In this document: positions 1 to 11,589 of the stretch, in pieces
Position numbering within the stretch: position 1 is the first letter of the stretch
Layout of the letters: every line of letters starts with the position of its first letter
The notes under the pieces: generated by a model
The model's database searches: none
The model's input: only the letters and a program-made list of their open reading frames with translations
What the model was told of the DNA's origin: nothing
Translations under genes and position numbers: made by a program
Assembly (NCBI GenBank): GCA_964016885.1
Contig: OZ024740.1
Span: forward strand, 296,732,001 to 296,796,000
DNA length: 64,000 nt
From: Eledone cirrhosa
Lineage: Eukaryota
Direction of reading: 5' to 3'

Positions 1-361
1 CACACATCTATATTTATACACGCACACATGTTTATACAACCTACCACCTTTCACACCCTTTGAATTCCAGCTTCTACGGCCCTCTATCTTTCACACACAC
101 ACACTCACATACATACACACATACACACATACACACACAGTTACACACACATATATATTTACACACACATACTTTACGGCTTTCACCCGCTAGTGAACCC
201 TATTAATTTAACCCAATTGGTCAGTAGCTTTTGCCACAGCCTATCACGCGCACGCGCATTCTTTCCCTTGTTTAAATTTGTTCCCCATAACGGCATTCCT
301 ATGTTTTAACGACAATACAACTTTCTCCCGGCTTAGCCTGTTCCCCCCCTTTTGGAACTTT

Positions 362-396
362 CCCCCCGTTGATGGGCGTGAGCCCGAAATATTGGG
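362..396 (+). ncRNA. Degenerate minimal hammerhead-like motif in a probable PLE 3' end (1-584)
   Basis: CCC-CCGTTGA-T-GGGC-GTGA-GCCC-GAAA-TATT-GGG; two core mismatches; ~190 nt upstream of a (TA)n tract. Confidence 0.3.
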
Positions 397-581
397 ATTA
401 AATCTCCACTACGGTAACCCTTCTACCTTTGTTTTGTTTTCGTTTTTTCGTTTCTCTCATTTTTCACTTTTCTCCTATTTCTCACTCACTTCCTTCCTCG
501 AGATTTCCCATCTGCATTGTTGTGGCTTTCTAAACTACATATTTTACATATTTCACAATGCTTCAAGCAAACTTTAACACC

Positions 582-640
<59 letters not shown>

Positions 641-688
641 TAAATGTTAGAGAAAACAATACCAAATTCTTGAACAAATATATTTAAT

Positions 689-814
689 GGCTTACAGTTG
701 TTTCGAAAATCATATCAACATTCTGCACATACAGATGAAAGGCATCGATTATATAATCGATAAGAACAAATTATAATAAAAAGAAAAGATTGATATGGTC
801 TCCTTTTCAAAGCC
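689..814 (-). ncRNA. Type I hammerhead ribozyme motif, U3:A8 core variant with large stem-II insert
   Basis: Minus strand reads GGCT-TTGAAAA-GGAGACCATATCAA..(~70 nt)..TTGATATGATTTTC-GAAA-CAACTG-TA-AGCC. Stem I is GGCT/AGCC, stem II is 13 of 14 bp paired, and the cleavage triplet is GUA. Confidence 0.65.
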
Positions 815-1342
815 GAAAATAAAATAAATATAAAATACAAACATACATGTCACTGAAAATAGAGACTTCAATAAATGTAAAACACGAAGCATACCATTCC
901 ACATATGAATAAGAGAAGCAGGATTAGGATACATCTTAAATTCAAAGAAGTTAACCATTAAAAAAAATGATGTAGGTATGAAACCGGAAGTAGACAGGCA
1001 TATATAGTAAGGGGTATAATTTTGATGAAAGGGAGATAATTACTAGAATTACAAATGAGATATTTAAATAAATAATTATAAAAGGGAGTATAGATAGGTG
1101 TAATAATTTGTGTTATGGCCAAAAGAGGTAGGGCAATAAGGATACTAATTATAACAGTAGAAAAATAAAGAGAAATAAAACTATAGATAGAAATTAAAGT
1201 TTAAATAATTAAATAAATAAAAAGACGGGGTTTATAAGGAACATAGTGAAAGAGTATTAAGTTAGTCACAAAATGGGGAGAAGGGCCTAGATAAAGAGGG
1301 TTAAATCTAAATAGAAAAAAGATAGAGGAATACAATAGGAAA

Positions 1343-1739
1343 TCTTTATATATATAAAAGCGAGGATGTGAGTGTGTGTCTGTGTAGAATTTTGGATACC
1401 TAAGGCTTTTACAATTACCACCCGAATTTGACCAAATTTTCTGTGCACGTTGCACAGGTCACTAAGATGGTCACATCACAAACATTTTTCCAATCGACCC
1501 AAGTTGAGCAATAAAAAATCGATATCAAAATTATCGGTAGCAAATTTGATGTAAGGGAGATAACCAACTTTATTGACAATCCTTATTAAAAAAGGGAGAT
1601 AACCAACTTTATTGACAATCCTTATAAAGAGACTGCTTATTTTGACAGGTTGGGGACAAATAATGTTCTTCTTTTACTTCCTAGCTGTATATTCTTAGCA
1701 TAATTTCAAACCTGGAGCAACGCCGGGTAAATCTGCTAG
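1343..1739 (+). mobile_element. Non-autonomous Helitron inserted in the Penelope 3' region
   Basis: 5' A|TCTTTATATATATAAAAG; 3' hairpin CCTGGAGCAACGCCGGG followed by CTAG|T; internal tandem duplication at ~1553-1625. Confidence 0.8.
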
Positions 1740-3832
1740 TAAATAATTATACATAAGAGTAGGTTAAATTAAAAGTGAAAAGATAGGATAGGTAAAGACG
1801 GAAATAAAGGAATCACCTATTAACTAACAAAGAGGGTATATAGGATTAAGAATAGGGGTTATAAATTAAAATAATATAATAGGTGGGCATAAAGAAAAAA
1901 ATAATATTAACATAACATGGGTATAAATAAAAGATAAAAATACAATGTAAATCAACTAGGAAGAAAATTTAAACTAGTTGAAGTGTGAAGGTAAGATAAG
2001 TGGAGTTGGGGGTTAAAAAGGAATATTTAAAAGATATAGGCAATTTAACTAATGGGATTTAAGTGGGATCAAATATGCTGTTAGCGAACGAATATGTCAA
2101 ACGATGATGGCAGTTAATTACAATCTCATTGCAATCACTTATTGGGCTAAGCTTAGACATAGTTATGAAATAAGCTTCGGATAAACAGAGATCAGAATGA
2201 CCTTTAGAACCATTGTAAGGAGAGAATTTAGCTAAGATATCCCAGACGAAAGAGTATTCAATATTAGAGAGTTTGAGTTTATTTATATATCTGAATAAAG
2301 AAGTAGAAATTTTAAGTTACTATTCTTGAAGGAATGTCTATGGGAATTAAAACGAGTTTGAAAAGAGTTAGCAGTAGCTCTAATGTACGTTTTAGTGTCA
2401 CTATGGGTTTTAGCAGTGAATATATATACTACATTATTAGTAAGACATTGACCATCCAGAGGGCAGTTAATACAGTTACGGTTAGAGGCAGTAGAGGTTG
2501 TAGTTAAAAGGATAGAATTAGTAGGTGTATTAATTGAAGGTGAGGTGATAGGAGAGTTAAAAATGTAACTATTAATGTTAGAATTATTTGTATATAAAGA
2601 GTTAAGTGGTAGAGGTAAATTAACAGAAAGGGAGGCGCTGTTTGTTTAGTTTCTTATGGTTACTGAAAACAATATAATCAGCCAGGTTAAGGGTAATAGA
2701 GGAAGAAATCTTAACGATATTTTTGTTAAATAATTTATAGTGCTAGGAGGGAAATTGTTGCATAAGATGGAGAAAAACCTTTTATGGAGGTTAGAAGCGA
2801 TACTATGGGATAATGGAGGACTAAACCATAATAGATTACGAAATCCTTTTCGGTGCAGAGTACTAGCAGTATTATGAGGGTTTATAGATATATTTAGAGT
2901 ATTTTTTAAGTTAATATGCATACTAGTAGAGGAATTCTTAGTATTACAGGAAGGCATTTGATTAAGGTGTCTATTAAAACCAATCCTGAACTCATTGCTA
3001 GGAGTAGGTGGCAAACCATTATTAGGAGACCAGTTTTTCCATTGGTGTTTGTAAATCCATTATTACTAGAAAGACAACTCTGTGCAATTACATTATTATT
3101 ATGTAAACTATATGTGGTTAGAACAGCAGGTAGGTAATAAATCTTATCCTTATAGCCTGATTTAGGAAGAGTCTCATTATAGTACCAAGTTATTTCGTTA
3201 AAGAAGAAGAAATTAGTTATATACTGTTGTGATAGTAAGTACAGATGTTTTGGGCAACTATATTTTTCAAGAAAGAGAAAAGTAGGTGTGTCCTTTCTGA
3301 CAAAAAAGGAAGAGATAGGGTTGATGGCAGAGTTTGCTGATTTGCACATGTATGGGGGTGGGATGCAAGATGTGGAAAAGGGTTTGAAGAAAGAGAGTAA
3401 AAGAATTGCTAAGTGAAGTGGAGAGAGAATAAATTCAATAAGGATAGGGTAGGCTAAAACATAAAAATAGTAATAGCACCTCTGATGAGGTTTTAGGTTC
3501 TATCCTTCTTCCAAATTTCATTGAGAATATTTTAATCTGCCTGGGTGTATGGTAGAAGATAATTTCTTAAGGCGGCTGCCAGTGAGATTGAACCTAAAAC
3601 TACATATTATAAAGCAAATGTTTTAACTACACAACCATGCCTGTGCTCAATAACATAATGATGCCTCACACATACAATTTTGCAACAAAGGAGCCTTTAT
3701 ACGGTCCCTTAATAAAAAATATGTTCTCAACATTTTTAGTATTCTGTTTAAAATATATATATAACACTTATAGAAACACATTTTATGTCATTATCAATAA
3801 TCAGAAATAATTAAAACTTGCCTAATACATAC

Positions 3833-3918
3833 CTAGTAAGCAGACCTGATCCTAACCAGGGTTTTATAAATGTATAGAACATATTTTTTTCAATGTGTAC
3901 TGAGTTACCGATTAAATC
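3833..3918 (-). CDS. CYP4V-like coding exon 3 (not in the ORF track)
   Basis: Acceptor CATTTCAG|GAT and donor AG|GTATGT; 86 nt, phase 0 to 2. Encodes DLIGNSVHIEKNMFYTFIKPWLGSGLLT(S), matching the CYP4 signature K...Y.F..PWLG.GLLTS. I found no following exon inside the window. Confidence 0.92.
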
Positions 3919-4460
3919 CTGAAATGACAAGTAGTTAAATTAAGTAAAACATGTAAAAAAAAAGAAAATGTATGATATAATCAACTGTTCAGTTGTACAC
4001 AATTTTTTTACTTTTTTCCTATTTAGAAATAATATAAATGCAATTTTATGCTAAAGAGAAATAAAGCATGCAGACTGAGAATTAAGGAGAACTGAAAGAA
4101 TAAGAGATAGAGTGGGAGAGATAGAAAGTGAGATATAAAGGAAAGACAAAGAGTATAAGATAGAAGGGATGGATGAGTAGAAGGAAGTGGTGCTAATATT
4201 AAGAGAGAGAGGGAGAGAGAGAGAAGCAGTAATAGGCAAAGTAGTAAAATACATTGATTCAGCAATGTGATATGAGGAGAGAAATAGGAATAGTCACATA
4301 CAGAAGAAAGAAGACAATGGAAACATGTAAAAGAAAGAAGAGGAGGAGATCTTTTACTACACCCCGACATTCTATAAATTCTTGATACATTTGGAAAAAA
4401 CATTTAACCAAAGATTTAATACAATATACATATATATTTGTATTGGTGCTCCGACAATGA

Positions 4461-4851
4461 TATACATATTGTATATTGAATAATGTACGGAATGTTTGTG
4501 AAAAATATTTGAATGCCTTTAGCTATAAATTTCTAAGGTTGTAATCATCAACAACCAACCTCAGCAAAAACAGGGGGAAGTAATCGATACGTTTCTCGCT
4601 TATTAGTGGTTATCGAAACTATATATCTCCCCATGTTTGCTAAGCTTTCAAGCTTACATTAGCCTCAGCAAAGACAGGGAGATATGTAGTTTCAATAATG
4701 ACTAATAAGCGAGAAACACGTTGATTACTTCCTCCTGTTTTTGCTGAGGCTGAGTGTGTAATGGGGATCACAACCTTAGAAATTCATAGCGAAAGGCCTT
4801 CAAATATTTTTCATAAATATCCCATATATTATTCAATATACAGTATGTACA
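4461..4851. mobile_element. Fold-back/MITE-like element in CYP intron 2
   Basis: Imperfect ~185-bp inverted arms, e.g. TACATATTGTATATTGAATAAT / ATTATTCAATATACAGTATGTA and GTTTCTCGCTTATTAGT / ACTAATAAGCGAGAAAC. Confidence 0.7.
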
Positions 4852-5087
4852 TTTATTTATATATTTGATTTAATGTTTTGAGTAAAGGTTAAAGTATGCT
4901 TCACATAATAAAGATAAATTCAATATGACCGAGATTTAAATTCGTAAGAAAAATAATAGAAACAAAAATATTTGGTAATGATACTATCAAGTTAAAGTAC
5001 ACGCAGTTTCATCAAACTATCTGTTGCGTATGAACAATTTCATCTACATAATCAAACTACAGTTGTTGGATTTTTATATAATTACAA

Positions 5088-5250
5088 TCTATATACTACT
5101 AAAGCTCTGTGATTGCTTGCTTGCTTGCCTGTCTGTAATGTAATACACCCAAAAGGGCACATAACGGGAAAATACTTTGGAAGGAAGTTGACCCTGAAAT
5201 GCGAATACAAATGGAATGAAACAAGTTTCGCGTAAATCGGTGCAGAAATA
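5088..5250 (+). mobile_element. Possible 5' fragment of a non-autonomous Helitron
   Basis: A|TCTATATACTACTAAAG followed by (TGCT)n/(GTCT)n microsatellite, a common Helitron 5' layout; no 3' end seen. Confidence 0.35.
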
Positions 5251-5543
5251 GGACAATGGAAACTCTACTTAATCATAAATTTGTAAATCTATTTTTGTTA
5301 TTTGTGTAGGATGACATAAACAACCAACTGTACCCATTAGCAACAATAATAGCTATTCATGATATTTACTTGTATATATTCATCTTTAAAGACAAAAAGA
5401 AATGGCTGTTGTTGCTTGCGCAGTTGTGGCAAGTATTCTTTCTTGTAACTTAATACATTAATCACATGTTGATGGTCACATCTGACAGCAAGAAAAATCA
5501 ACTTTACCCAATAGCAACAATATTAGTTATACAAGATACTTAC

Positions 5544-5656
5544 TTGTATATATTTATCTTTAAAGACAAACACAATTGGTTGGATACCAAACCAGATGGA
5601 CAGTAAACCATATTCTCGAAATTCATCTGCAAAGCTCATTAGATTTTCATAAAAGT
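5544..5656 (-). CDS. CYP4V-like coding exon 2
   Basis: Acceptor TTGCAG|AC and donor CAA|GTAAGT; 113 nt, phase 1 to 0. Encodes (D)FYENLMSFADEFREYGLLSIWFGIQPIVFVFKDKYIQ, with the W.G..P.V motif of P450 beta-1. The phase joins exon 1 (G+AC=Asp). Confidence 0.9.
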
Positions 5657-6329
5657 CTGCAATAGAATTGTTTAAAAGTGAGAAAACTGTTTGCCAAGGA
5701 AGATATTCAGTTGATGAATGTAAATTCAATACTTTCTTAAAATACTTATATTTAAAAGAAATATTCTGTTTAAGTTTTCAGAGGGTTAACTTTTGTGGGG
5801 AGGGAGATTATCTACAGTGGGAAAGACATTTTGAGTAAAGAGAGCCTGGAGTATAGAGTAAGCCTTGATTGGCAGTGATTCAGAGAAACAGGGGTCATTG
5901 TAATAGTTATAAAGTTGTTCGATAAAGGAGTCAGCATATCTGTAAGCTATAAATTGTTGTGTTTTGGTGTGTAAGTAATAGAATATATTTCTTTGGGATG
6001 TTTGTTTATATAACAGTAACACTGTTCCAAATATGTGAACAGTATTCTGTTATAAGAGTTATTCAAGCTTTGTGGACAATAAGCAACTCACCAAATCACA
6101 AATAATATGAATTTACTTGTTCCATAAAGTATACAATTTTTACTGAAAGCTATAAGAGTAAGTGGAAATACATAAAAAAGACTAAATAATATTGAAGAGG
6201 GAACAGAAAAAAGAACAAGATATAGAAAAGATAAATTGATAGTTATTTGAGAGAAAGCTTTATCAATATTTATATAAATAACAATATTTATATATATTTA
6301 TATATTTATATATTTATATAGCTCCTAAG

Positions 6330-8000
6330 AAAACTTCCACAACCCAGTGACATAGCTGCAATGAGGGGAGTAAAGACTGCCTCTAATAAGAAGCCCTCCT
6401 ACATACCTGCTATCAAGAATGTATTTGGGGTTCTCCTCTCTTCAGAAAGATGTATCCTCACGAGGTAGAGAGCATACTTTGCAAATCTTCCAAACCCAAT
6501 CACAACAGCATCTTCTGATGTAAATAAGGTGCATCTTGGAGCGGCGACTAATTTCTTGGAAGTTGAGGTCACAAGAGCAGTTAAAGAGCTCAAATGTGGC
6601 AAGACTGCTGGGTAAGACAAAATCCACCCCAAGATGTTAAAAGCCTTAAATAAAGAAGGTATTCTCTGGCTGACTCATGTGTTCCCAGTGGCATGGATCT
6701 CTGGAAAGGCACATAAGCAATGGCAATTCGGAGTGATAATCCCAAATTTCAAAAAAGGAATCAAGAGAAATTGTTCCTATTACAGAGGGATATCCTTGTT
6801 AAGCCTCCCTCGTAAAGTCTATGCTATGTATCTGGCAAAGAGATGCAGGGAGATTGTTGAGTCCAAGCTAGCTGATGAATAGTGTGGTTTTTCACCCCGG
6901 ACGCAGCACAGCTGACCAAATATTCACACTGCGGCAGGTTTTTGAGAAATTGTGGGAGTATATTCTTGTTTTGTCAACCTTGGAAAGGCATATGATCGAA
7001 TTCCTCTAGACATACTGTGGAAGGTTCTGCAGGAGTATGGGATTGATGGTCAGCTTCTTAGTACCCTGCTGTTTCTATATGAATGCCTGAGTGTTTGTGT
7101 TTAAATAAATGGTGCTAAATCGAAACCATTCAATGTGGGTGTCAGACTCCACCAAGGGTGCATACTATCACCTCTCCTGTTCATTATTTTCATGAACATG
7201 ATTGACATGTGCAGCTTGGTTAGAAGTGATATCATGACTGGTGGGTTTAAAATCAGTCGGCTGGAATTTGCAGACACCATGATGTTACTTAATTTGACAG
7301 AAGATGATTTTTGACTTGCACTCAATAGGTTTGATGCCGAATGCTGCATAGCTGGATGAAAATCAGTGCTGTGAAAACTGAGACAGTCCTCCTCTCAAGG
7401 AAGCCTGCACAGTGCATGCTACATATGACTGGAGTTCCACTGAAGCAGATAGAGAATTTCAAGTACCTTGGGGTTGTGTTCAGGAGTGATAGAAAGCAGG
7501 AGGCTGAATTAAGTGCAAGAATTGCAAACACTGGTGCAGTAATGCTCCAGCTTTAGTATTCAGTAAACAGAAGGGAGGTAGGCGTAAAAGCCAAACTTGC
7601 TGTCTTCAATTCGGTTTTCATGCCAACCCTTACCTATGGTCATCAATCTTAGGTAATGACAAAAGAATATGATAATAAATTCAAGTGGCCGAAATAGGAT
7701 TCCTCTGAAGTGTCTTTGGAGTAATGTTACTTGATAAAGTGCATAGCTCAGGGATCAGAGTGTCACTCCCGGTAGAACTGCTACTTCTCTGAATTGAAAT
7801 TTCACAGCTGCGATACTATGGGCCCATGGTTAGAATGTCTGAGGCAAGAATTGTTGGACAGATTTTACAGGCAAAACCAACTGGCAAGAGACCCAGGTGT
7901 AGAACCTAAGCAAGATGGTTGGATAACATCCCTCAGCTTGGCTGGTCTCACTTGGGGATCCAGCCAGATCAGTTTCAGACAGTAGCTTCTTATCAGGGCC
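6330..8000 (+). mobile_element. Degenerate RTE-clade LINE reverse transcriptase
   Basis: Fragments K.AG.D.I.PKMLK, IIPNFKKG..NCSYYRGISLLSLPRKVY, RSTADQIFTLRQ, L.KAYDR, GVRLHQGCILSPLLF and FKYLGV, with many stops. Confidence 0.85.
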
Positions 8001-8439
8001 TATGAGAGGTGTGGAGGGGGGGGGGTCCATCCGGTATTTTGTTCTGGGACCTGAGAGCTATGAAGGCCCCATAGCAATCATATAACTTCTAAGGGGTCTT
8101 GTACCACCTTGTTAAATTTCTCTTGGAGGCCCTGCTTCTTACAGGTGTTTGAGGACTCTGCCCTCACAACCCTCTCAGGAAGAGTGGAAAAAGAAGAAGA
8201 AGAAAACATTGACTGGTAGCTCTTATACCCATCAAACAAACAATTCTTTACTGACTTGATTAATCTATATGGTGCTGACAAGATGTTGCTTAATGGTTTA
8301 ATCCATTGGTATACAATGTGAGCTCTAGATTCTGAACCCTTCAGCTTCTCAACATCAGCAGACAACAATTGACCTGCTTGCTGAGTCCTTCCCTTCCATT
8401 GCGGTCCCTCCCCTGTTGGCATGGAGCCCCATCAGAAAT

Positions 8440-9460
8440 TACCTATCCATTCTGAAGCTACTATACATGCCCAGGACTAACCCATCTCACAGATTTGTGT
8501 CATGTCTCCAATGTCAGACTCTCTCCAGAGTCCCGTGGTAAGGCTGCATTGCCCAAGCGATTTGGAGGCCTTGGAGTACGTAAATGTTCGTCCCTCCCTC
8601 TCCCATGCTTCCTTTCCTCCACCTATGCTTGCTCCACCATGGTGAGCAATGTCCGCTCCTTTTCAACATGGACTAGTTCTAACAGGGAGTTGGATGAAGC
8701 TCTTCTATGATGGAGAAAGTTGGTTTGTCTGTTTCTGATAAGGTGGAGGACAAAAGGAGACAGAGAGTTTGGGACAACATACATTCGGAGATCACCTTTG
8801 ACTGCAGAGGCCTTCACTGTCTATCATGACACCAGAATGGGTGTCACACTGAGCTAACCCTTATCATCAAGAGAGCTTTGGCCTGGGCAAACTTGCCCTT
8901 AATTTTGGAGCCGTCTGAGTTGTCCACAATTAATGGGAAATGGCCCAACGGTCTTACCTTGTGGTCCTAGTCAAGAGGCAGTTGCCTTATCTGGGAAGTC
9001 ACAGTTAGTGACTCTTTTGCATCGTCCCTTATCCTGGATGCAGTGGTGAGGGTGTGAACTACTGCGTTTGCAGCCAAACGGAATAAAATCCTAAAATACT
9101 GTGATCTGTCAGCTAACTACATTTTCCAGGCAATGGCGTTCGAGAGATTTGGGGGAGTTGGGCCGCTATCTGCAAGGTTCTTGCCCTCACTTGTGGTGTA
9201 CCTAACCGAGGTAACTGGTAATGCTCGTGAAGGCACTTGGATGTTCCAGTGTATCAGCCTTGCCATCACCCAAGGTAACGCAGTGAGCATTCTGGCTTGC
9301 CTAAAAAATTATTAGAGAGATTTTCCAGTGCTCTTCGCAATATCGTTATCATTTGTTCTGGCACCAGTTTGTTTGTCACCTACCTTTTGTTGGATGTGAT
9401 CCTAGATGTGTGTATTACCAGCTTGTGTGTTTTTTTCTTTTTTCCTTTCCCTTTTCTTTT
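8440..9460 (+). mobile_element. 3' fragment of a CRE-like (R2-group) non-LTR element with restriction-like endonuclease
   Basis: LPKRFGGLGVR and PCFLSS, then LEP..L...NGKWPNGLTL..SRGSCLIWEVTV.DS.A (KRPDG-type), and AFERFG..G....FL....FQCISLAITQGNA. Confidence 0.75.
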
Positions 9461-9477
9461 TTTCTCTTTATTTATAA

Positions 9478-10175
9478 CTAGCAGTGTATCCCCGCGTTGC
9501 ACGGGTAATAGCACCTCCAATGAGAAACCTTTATTTGTGAATGCCTGTTAAAAACTCACGAAAATATACCGACAGGAAACTTGTTTTATTTGGAGAAAAT
9601 TAAGAAGTTGAAAGTACAGTTTAGCTGTCTACGTGCATTGTTCATAGAAATGTTGCTGAGCCCCTTCTTTTCATACTTCTCTTTTTGGCCTTTTGGAGTA
9701 AATGTGAAAGAGAAATTCACAGGTTAAGTTGGCAGAAGGTTCCAGTGTCATAGCAGTAAGGTGTAGGCTACTTACCTCAAAAGTTCATTCGCACTCTTTC
9801 CACTTAGTTACTCTTTCTCTCTATCCCTCTCGGTGCAGTCCCTTGCAAATTTATCGCGTAGGCCTGGTGTAGATTTGCACCCAATCCATCTATCCGATGC
9901 ACATGTCCGCTTTGTACGGCTTTTGGAGGAAGGAGTGACCAGCGGTACGTTGTTTGGTATTATTACGAAAAGGTGTAGCAGAGAATCCCACGTGAACTAA
10001 CAGCTCGGGAGGAAACTGCTTACTTCGAATATTCATTCGCCATCGTTCTTATCAACGCTACGTTTAGTTGGTATTTGTTGGTCTACAGTTAGATGAATGG
10101 CGCACAAAGGGTTACTGTTTATTGGCAAGAAGCTTTTTGAATAATAAAAGACGAGTTAAAGTGAACTACAATGTA

Positions 10176-10180
<5 letters not shown>
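9478..10180 (-). mobile_element. Non-autonomous Helitron-like segment (3' end at 9478)
   Basis: Minus strand ends CCCGTGCAACGCGGGG-ATACACTG-CTAG|T. Homologous copies start at 47448, 49163, 58487 and 61743. Confidence 0.65.
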
Positions 10181-10216
<36 letters not shown>

Positions 10217-10689
10217 CCATTTACGTGGTTTTGTCTTTGTTCTCCACGCTCCACACATGACGTATTATCTTCGTTTTTCCATTCATTGCCAGAGAACGTC
10301 TCTATGCACCACCTAAGAGAACATTAGTCTACGACCTCTTTTATACCATAAACGTGGTTCTGTCTTTGCGTGTAATTGTTTTTCACCGCTCCTATTAATG
10401 ACGTATTATATTCGTTTTTTCCCGTTCTTTGCCAGCGAACGTTACCACGAACCAAAGTATCGTCTTCCTGTCTTCCTCCGGTTGCAACGTTTTTTTAAAT
10501 ATCCAGTTCTGCGTTTACAGATTGACTTTGTTAGTTTCAGAAGATCCCGTTAAGGGTGAAAGCAGCGATTCTTTGCTTAAACTTTAATCTGTTATTTTAA
10601 TAAATATTTGCTCTACGGTTCTTATATATTTGATATATATTTATCCTTATCGAGCCCTCTTTGGATTTTAGTCTTTTAATTTATTATTA

Positions 10690-10782
10690 TTACTATATAT
10701 ACATATATATATATACACAGATACATATATATGTGTGTGTATGTATGCATATATCTATATGTGTGTGTGGTGTGTATGTATG

Positions 10783-10838
<56 letters not shown>

Positions 10839-11040
10839 CATATATTTGTATGTGTATATTTATATATATGTATATGTGTGTATATATATATATATGTGTT
10901 TTTATATTATATATATATAGATATCTATATATATGAATATATGTGTATATATGTGTGTGTATATGTATATATGTGTATATATATATATGTATATATAAGT
11001 ATATATATATATGTGTGTGTGGGTGTGTGTGTATGTGAGT
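10690..11040. repeat. Compound (TA)n/(TG)n microsatellite
   Basis: Direct reading of the sequence. Confidence 0.95.
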
Positions 11041-11589
11041 GAATGTAGCGAAGATAATACGTCAACAATGACATGTTCGTCAGAATGTCGTTATGCAGAC
11101 AGATATTATAAGGGCTTGACGGAGATCGATAACTGGCGCCTAACACCCCTTTAACAACAGAAAATTGAAAAATAAAAGCTGCAGTTGTATCTTTAGACCA
11201 CAAGGAATATATAAATGCAAGTTTGAAGTCAATCCGAGTAGAAATGTGGATTTGTATAGACTTTGCAAAAATGAGGACACACACAGACAACAACAGTTTT
11301 ATATATATAGATATTATGATGACGATTATGTTGAGATTAGAAATTGTTTATAATTCATGTTCAAAATGTTGCCAACAGATTGTAAAATTACAGCCAATTA
11401 CAACATTTTATCATGCTTATATAAACTTTTATGCAGCCTAGAAAATGTTGTGCAATGATTACATGAAATTACATACCCCCCTTCACAATTCAGTATAATA
11501 TTTAAGAAAGAAATCGTGTAATTGCACAAATTACATACAACAAAAAGTGTTTTAAAGATCATTTCATATGCTAAAAATGAACTAGCCTT

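Larger units (their letters stand above)
640..3480 (-). mobile_element. Degenerate, 5'-truncated Penelope-like retroelement (GIY-YIG end of ORF plus long AT-rich 3' region)
   Basis: Minus-strand remnants WFSPP (~2820), NFPP, CINCPLDGQC (~2450-2480) and YIRATANS..RFNSHRHSFKN (~2325-2390) parallel the 51626-52588 GIY-YIG ORF. An HHR motif at 689-814 and a terminal (TA)n follow. Confidence 0.8.

Noticed and set aside
3482-3510. CTGATGAGG at the 5' edge of the Penelope relic
   Set aside because: No downstream GAAA or stems.
5786-6022. 78-aa ORF next to CYP exon 2 as a possible extra exon
   Set aside because: No P450 similarity, and exons 1 and 2 already join in phase; may be an old PLE remnant but unsupported.
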